Shown here in pieces: positions 58,822-64,000 of a stretch of 64,000 bases of DNA (the stretch's first letter is position 1; each line of letters begins with the position of its first letter). The notes below the pieces were generated by a model, which was given only the letters and a program-made list of their open reading frames with translations, made no database searches and was not told the DNA's origin. Source of the DNA: an uncultured delta proteobacterium (GTDB lineage Bacteria > Desulfobacterota > Desulfobacteria > Desulfobacterales > UBA2156); the NCBI GenBank assembly GCA_963736855.1, contig CAVTQK010000021.1, positions 384,001 through 448,000 of the forward strand, in the 5' to 3' direction. The translations under genes were made by a program, and so were the position numbers.

Positions 58822-59973
58822 ATGATTGATGCTGAACGTCTAAAAAAGATATTTCTTTCCTTGGTGAAAACCAGCAGCGTCAGTAAAAAAGAAGGCGCTT
58901 TTTCCCGAATGCTCCAGGGGCGTTTGGAAAACTTGGGGGCTTTCACCTGGATAGATGATGCCGGGAAAATGACGGGAAGCGATACCGGAAACCTCATCGC
59001 AAAGTTCTCCGGAAATCGAAGCGTGCCGCCTTTGCTCTTGAGCGCCCATATGGATACGGTTCAACCGGGAGAGGATATTCATCCCGTTTATGAAGATGGT
59101 GTTTTCAAAAGCAATGGAAGGACCATCCTGGGAGCCGACGACAAGAGTGCCATCGCCATCATCCTGGAATCAATCCGCGTAATCCAGGAAAACGGGCTTC
59201 CCTGCGGTCCGCTGGATTTGGTCTTCACCGTATGCGAGGAAGATGCCCTTGCCGGCTCAAAATGTCTCGATCTTGACCGCATCTCTGCCAAGTGCGGGTA
59301 TGTTCTGGATGCCACCGATACTGAAGGTATCGTCACACGTGCACCTGCAGCCAACCGCCTGACCTTCGATGTTTTTGGGAAGGAAGCTCATGCCGGAGCG
59401 GCGCCGGAGAAGGGGATCAATGCGATTCATCTCGCCTGCCGGGCGATAGCATCTTTGGAGCTAGGGCGGATCGATCGTGAAACAACCTGTAACATCGGTG
59501 TAATTCATGGAGGATTCGCTACCAATATTGTTCCGAATCGGGTTACGGTCATCGGTGAGGCCCGCAGCCATGACGAAGCCAAGCTGGAACGAGTGACCGA
59601 GACCATCGTTGAGGCATTCAGGGAGTCTGTGGAACATCATGTCGGTCCGGCATCCGGGAACGGCCTTCCCCGGTTGGAAAGCCGAGTGGAACGATCTTTT
59701 TCCAGAACATGCGTCCCGGAAGATCACCCGGTAGTTTTACTGGCCCGGAACGCTGCCTCAGCGATGGGTCGAAAAATGGTTTGCAAGTCCTCCGGCGGGG
59801 GGTCGGATGCCAACATCTTTTTCGAAAAAGGGATCGTGACCGGAGTCCTTGGTTCCGGGATGCGGGATATGCACACGGTCTTGGAATGGATCCGTTTAGA
59901 TGACATGGTCCGCACGTCCGAACTTCTGGTGAAAATACTCACCCTCCATGCCAACACGACGTTCAGTTCCTGA
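58822..59973 (+). CDS. M20 family metallopeptidase (peptidase T-like)
   Basis: SAHMDTV, LGADDK, CEE, AHAG..PEKG, GGGSDAN, MHT; ATG after AGGAG. Confidence 0.92.
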   Translation: MIDAERLKKIFLSLVKTSSVSKKEGAFSRMLQGRLENLGAFTWIDDAGKMTGSDTGNLIAKFSGNRSVPPLLLSAHMDTVQPGEDIHPVYEDGVFKSNGRTILGADDKSAIAIILESIRVIQENGLPCGPLDLVFTVCEEDALAGSKCLDLDRISAKCGYVLDATDTEGIVTRAPAANRLTFDVFGKEAHAGAAPEKGINAIHLACRAIASLELGRIDRETTCNIGVIHGGFATNIVPNRVTVIGEARSHDEAKLERVTETIVEAFRESVEHHVGPASGNGLPRLESRVERSFSRTCVPEDHPVVLLARNAASAMGRKMVCKSSGGGSDANIFFEKGIVTGVLGSGMRDMHTVLEWIRLDDMVRTSELLVKILTLHANTTFSS

Positions 59974-59989
59974 TAGAGAGGTCCCGGCC

Positions 59990-61183
59990 TTGTTCGCCTA
60001 TCTCAACTGCTTTTCCGGCCTGAGCGGAGACATGATGCTGGGAGCGCTCATCGATCTGGGCGTTCCCGTGGGATGGCTCGACGATCAGTTGAAAAGCTTT
60101 TCAATTTCCGGGTTTACCTTGCACACAAGCCCGACTTTTCGTCATGGGATTCGGGCGGTCAAGCTCGATGTGGAAGTACACGACAATTCATCGATTCGGC
60201 GCTTTGCCGATATCCGCGCCCTCATCGACCGAAGCCCGATGTCTCCGGGCGTCAAGGCATCGAGTCTCAAAATTTTCGATCGAATCGCCGACGCTGAATC
60301 AGTCCTCCATGGTTGTCCCAAAGAGCAGTTGCATTTCCATGAGATCGGATCCGTTGATTCACTGGTGGATGTGGTGGGAACGTGCCTGGGACTGGAATAC
60401 CTCGGGGTTCAAGAAATCTCCGCCTCCCGAATCCCTCTCGGAAACGGTTGGGTCGACTGCGCCCACGGAAGGCTTCCCTTACCGGCGCCTGCCACTCTTG
60501 AAATACTTACGGGTGTGCCGATCTATCAAACGGACATCCCCTATGAACTGACGACACCCACGGGAGCTGCGATCCTTGTCTCCCTTTCAGATCATTTCGG
60601 TCCGATGCCGGAGATGACCGTGGATAAGATTGGGTACGGCGCCGGAACACGGGATCTGGAAGCGGTTCCAAACCTTTTGAGGGTGGCTCTGGGCCGACGA
60701 TCATCTCCGGTGCAACGGATCGAAGACCGGGTCATTGTGGCCGAATGCACCATCGACGACATGAATCCGGAGCTCTTCGGGCACCTCATGGAACGGCTGT
60801 TCCAGGATGGTGCTCTGGACGTCTACTGGATTCCGGTATTTATGAAAAAGAATCGACCCGGTACATGGGTTCAGGTTCTCTGCCGGGAGGACCGGCGGGA
60901 AGCGGTCTTGGAACGCATTCTGACGGAAACCACATCCATCGGGGTTCGATATTCAGAGGTCCGGCGGTGGACTCTGCCTCGGGAGCCTGTCATCATCGAA
61001 ACGGAATTCGGATCTCTTTTGGCCAAGCGGATCAGGTCGTTGAATGGAAAATGGCGCGTTGTACCGGAATATGACGCCTGTCGGAAAATCGCTGCGGAAA
61101 GAGGCATTCCTTTGCACATCGTCTATGAGGCGGTGTCGGCGGCCGGGAGACGACTGACGGATCCGGATTCGGTCAACCCATAA
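59990..61183 (+). CDS. larC: Nickel-pincer cofactor biosynthesis protein LarC
   Basis: CFSGLSGDMMLGAL, HFHEIG, PAPATLEIL, TPTGAA, IDDMNPE, MKKNRPG, PEYD; TTG start after GAGAGG. Confidence 0.93.
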   Translation: MFAYLNCFSGLSGDMMLGALIDLGVPVGWLDDQLKSFSISGFTLHTSPTFRHGIRAVKLDVEVHDNSSIRRFADIRALIDRSPMSPGVKASSLKIFDRIADAESVLHGCPKEQLHFHEIGSVDSLVDVVGTCLGLEYLGVQEISASRIPLGNGWVDCAHGRLPLPAPATLEILTGVPIYQTDIPYELTTPTGAAILVSLSDHFGPMPEMTVDKIGYGAGTRDLEAVPNLLRVALGRRSSPVQRIEDRVIVAECTIDDMNPELFGHLMERLFQDGALDVYWIPVFMKKNRPGTWVQVLCREDRREAVLERILTETTSIGVRYSEVRRWTLPREPVIIETEFGSLLAKRIRSLNGKWRVVPEYDACRKIAAERGIPLHIVYEAVSAAGRRLTDPDSVNP

Positions 61184-63170
61184 AAACATTGAGAATGTCT
61201 TTTCGGGCATCTACATGCTGGATGGTGATTTGGATAACGTCCTCAGGCTTGAGATCGTAGCTGCCGGGTACCGAGACCCGGCATTCCAGCATGTATTCCG
61301 GGATCAAGGCATGGTACCCGTTTCTGGACTTCCCCAACACGATGGCCTCCTCCTTCTGGCCGACCCGCCTCTCTAAAAATTTTAAGAGCCAGTAACGGCT
61401 CCTTCTGGCCTGTACGGCGGCAACGTTTGCCATAACCGGTTCCAACTCGGCAATAATCCTCTCCACTTCCTGCCGGGAGTAAGGGCGCTCAAGGCCAAAA
61501 GCGGAACGGATCTGTCGCTGGGTTATTAAATCGAAATATTTTCGGATTGGAGAAGTTCCGGTGAGGTAGGCGTCGAGCCCAAGGCCGCTATGGGGTTCGG
61601 GTTCGGGTCCTAAAACGAACCGACTGAGGAGCTTGCGCTGCATCCAGTTTTGAAAAAGGGTCCCGCCGTCGGCATTAAAAAGCCGGTCTTTTGGATGGGG
61701 CTGGGATCGAAAAACCGCGGGTATGCCCCTTTCCTTCAGAAACGAAGCCATGATCCAGTTGGCCAGGATCATGATCTCGGCCACCGCGAGACGGCTTGGA
61801 CTTTCCCGGTTGATCCGGTTGATCGAAACCTCTCCCGATTCATCAAGACGGATATGAATTTCCGGAAGAGAAATATGCAAGGCCCCCTGGCCCAACCGCT
61901 TCCGTCGATATTGTAAGGCTACGTTCACCAGAGCCTGAAGCCTCGGATCATCGCTGACTGAAAGGTTGGCATCCTGATATGTGAGCTGGTCTTTCACCCG
62001 AATCATGCTGGGGACGATTTCCCAGTTCATGATCTCTCCGCTAGTGTTCAGTTCCGCCAGGATGCTGATAGCCGGCCGCATTTCCCCGGAACAGAGGCTG
62101 CAAAGATCTTCCGAAAGATCCGATGGGATCATGGGGATCCGCCGATCCGGCATATAAATCGAACTTCCCCGTGAGAAGGCCTCCCGGTCCAGGGGGCTAT
62201 CCCTTTCAATGACTTCCCCCACGTCGGCAATATGGACGCCGAGCCGCAATTGCTTGCCGAAATCCTCAATGCACATAGCGTCATCGAAGTCTAAAGTGGC
62301 CTGACCATCGATGGTGAGAATCGATAAGTGCGTCAGATCCTTTCGAACGATGCCCGATGAAAGGGTGTATGGAGCGGCCGTCCGCAACTGAACCAGCATT
62401 TCCGCCGAAGCGGTTACCCCGGACGGAAATCGAGTGGGGATTTCCAGTCGGATCAGATCGATGTTTTCATCCAATGTCCATGCCCCCAGTTTGACGAGCA
62501 AATGAAAGATCCTGTCCGGAGTATCGATTCCGCTGTCTGATAAAAGGGTTCGGGTCAACTCAAAAGTCGGGCTTTCCTTTTCAAGAAGGTAATACGCCTT
62601 GAGCATTTCCACATAAGGCATGTCCTCTTCGGCAAGAGGCTTGTGTGCGTTTTCGATAACCATTTTCAGCCATCGTCTCCCTCGTTCCACCGCTTCCTGG
62701 CGGCGCTTTTCCTCCTCAGCATGCGCGATCATTTTTTGGACTTCGGCTTCGGAATGGGGGAAAAAACGGCCGTGATCAAACTTAAAATAGTGACGCTGAT
62801 TGAAAAGCGCCCTCACCACAGCCGATTCGTGATCTCCATCGGGAGCATTAGGAAAACAGAGTCCGGTTACTGTGGCAAGGTCGATCCAATCCTGCTCCGA
62901 ATTCAAGATCTCCCATAGCTCCACGACATTTACCTGCTCCATGAGCGCATTTCTGGTAGCGACAATTTCTTTGATTATGCCGACCAGTCTATCCCGGCGG
63001 ACGGAAGTGTCCAAAACAGCATCACTAGAATGTGAGAGGCGATTGGGGGAGAGATTGATCTCTCGATTTCCTTCGGTAATCAGGTGCAGCCGGTCGCCCT
63101 TGAGCTCTGCGACCACAGCACAGATAACTTTTTGACGGTCGATGAACTCGACGACGTTACCGATTTTCAT
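61173..63170 (-). CDS. RNase II/RNase R family (RNB domain) exoribonuclease
   Basis: TIDGQATLDFDDA catalytic motif, GVHIADV, HSGLG, TSPIRKYFDL. Confidence 0.92.
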   Translation of the reverse strand: MKIGNVVEFIDRQKVICAVVAELKGDRLHLITEGNREINLSPNRLSHSSDAVLDTSVRRDRLVGIIKEIVATRNALMEQVNVVELWEILNSEQDWIDLATVTGLCFPNAPDGDHESAVVRALFNQRHYFKFDHGRFFPHSEAEVQKMIAHAEEEKRRQEAVERGRRWLKMVIENAHKPLAEEDMPYVEMLKAYYLLEKESPTFELTRTLLSDSGIDTPDRIFHLLVKLGAWTLDENIDLIRLEIPTRFPSGVTASAEMLVQLRTAAPYTLSSGIVRKDLTHLSILTIDGQATLDFDDAMCIEDFGKQLRLGVHIADVGEVIERDSPLDREAFSRGSSIYMPDRRIPMIPSDLSEDLCSLCSGEMRPAISILAELNTSGEIMNWEIVPSMIRVKDQLTYQDANLSVSDDPRLQALVNVALQYRRKRLGQGALHISLPEIHIRLDESGEVSINRINRESPSRLAVAEIMILANWIMASFLKERGIPAVFRSQPHPKDRLFNADGGTLFQNWMQRKLLSRFVLGPEPEPHSGLGLDAYLTGTSPIRKYFDLITQRQIRSAFGLERPYSRQEVERIIAELEPVMANVAAVQARRSRYWLLKFLERRVGQKEEAIVLGKSRNGYHALIPEYMLECRVSVPGSYDLKPEDVIQITIQHVDARKDILNVFMG

Positions 63171-63176
63171 GGCGAC

Positions 63177-63205
63177 ACTTTAACAACGGGATAAGGCAAA
63201 GTCAA
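63177..63205 (-). promoter_or_regulatory. Sigma70-type promoter predicting a leaderless RNB mRNA
   Basis: TTGACT-N17-TAAAGT, then 6 nt to the ATG; no SD sequence. Confidence 0.5.
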
Positions 63206-63334
63206 CGAAGGATCTGAAAGGATCCGAGGAGAAAAGGCAGCAAAACCGAAGTTGTCTCCGGCAATTTATTCTGGTATAGCTCCCGGCATCCCAGCGTCGC
63301 GTTGCTTTGCGTCATGATGGGTATTTTCGAGCCT

Positions 63335-64000
63335 ATGCGAACTTTTTACCTTGTCAGACCCTATTTTCATGAAAACCGCTTCGACATCTCGGCGGGTCTG
63401 CTCTGCCTTGTCGCCGTCGATATCTTGCAGCTTTTTATTCCCAGGGTATTGAAACTGGCAGTGGACGATCTGACGTCGTTTCGCGCCACAACAAAGGATC
63501 TTTTGCACTATGCCATCATCATTATCGCCATCGCATCGGCCATGGGGATCCTTCGATATGGATGGCGCCTGCGTCTCATGGGTCTTTCCCGGGAGGTGGA
63601 AGAAGGGTTGCGAAACCGCTTTTTTGCTCACATCCAGAGCCTTGGCGCAGGTTATTTCGACGAGACAACCACCGGCGACATCATGGCACACGCCACCAAC
63701 GACATTCAGAACGTGCGCATGGCGGTAGGCATGGGCCTGGTCGCACTGACGGACGCAGTTGTCCTGGGGATCGCCGCTGTAGGCTTCATGTCTTATATCC
63801 ACATGCGCCTGACCCTCTTTGTGCTCATCCCCATGCCCTTCATTGTTTTGTCTGCAAAATTTTTTAGCAAGCGGATGCACCACCTCTATAAGGAAGTGCA
63901 GAGCGTCTTTTCCGAAATGACGGAAGCGGTTCGGGAGCGTTTTTCCGGAATCCGCATCGTCAAAGCCTATTCTCTAGAGGAACAGGACGCTAGGGAAATG
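63335..64000 (+). CDS. ABC exporter, fused permease/ATPase type (3'-truncated by window edge)
   Basis: Manual translation open to the window end: MRTFYLVRPYF...LRNRFFAHIQSL...TGDIMAHATNDI...ERFSGIRIVKAY. Confidence 0.9.
   Translation, partial: MRTFYLVRPYFHENRFDISAGLLCLVAVDILQLFIPRVLKLAVDDLTSFRATTKDLLHYAIIIIAIASAMGILRYGWRLRLMGLSREVEEGLRNRFFAHIQSLGAGYFDETTTGDIMAHATNDIQNVRMAVGMGLVALTDAVVLGIAAVGFMSYIHMRLTLFVLIPMPFIVLSAKFFSKRMHHLYKEVQSVFSEMTEAVRERFSGIRIVKAYSLEEQDAREM

Overview
Bacterial chromosomal window whose gene content looks deltaproteobacterial (Desulfobacterota-like; inferred, not proven). 0-11 kb is the end of an ABC-transporter-dependent surface-glycan locus (WsaF-like fragment, GT2, GT2-GT4 fusion, wzm/wzt, methyltransferase-GT4 fusion, GT4), then a beta-helix-only GlmU-like gene and glmM. 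A 28-bp XerCD dif site at 12321-12348, with KOPS-like octamers pointing at it from the left, places the window at the replication terminus. Housekeeping and DNA-processing genes follow: xseAB-ispA-dxs-tlyA, a second-type EF-G, a secreted nuclease plus spore-photoproduct-lyase-like radical SAM enzyme near an orphan ParB-like gene, purC, mdh, uvrBC, cysS, ispF, recCBD and elbB. An ~11 kb module directly 3' of tRNA-Sec (47.6-58.5 kb) encodes a kinase/sigma54-activator pair facing a clear sigma54 promoter with twin palindromic enhancers. That promoter precedes a second kinase, a REC-TPR protein, an unknown Cys4 protein and two different Trk/Ktr K+ transporters. recB, one trkA and the second kinase (and probably glmM) each carry a single extra base, most likely assembly insertions. 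The window ends with an M20 peptidase, larC, an RNase II-family gene and a truncated ABC exporter. No CRISPR array, rRNA, integrase or transposase was seen. All family calls are from motif recognition by eye.
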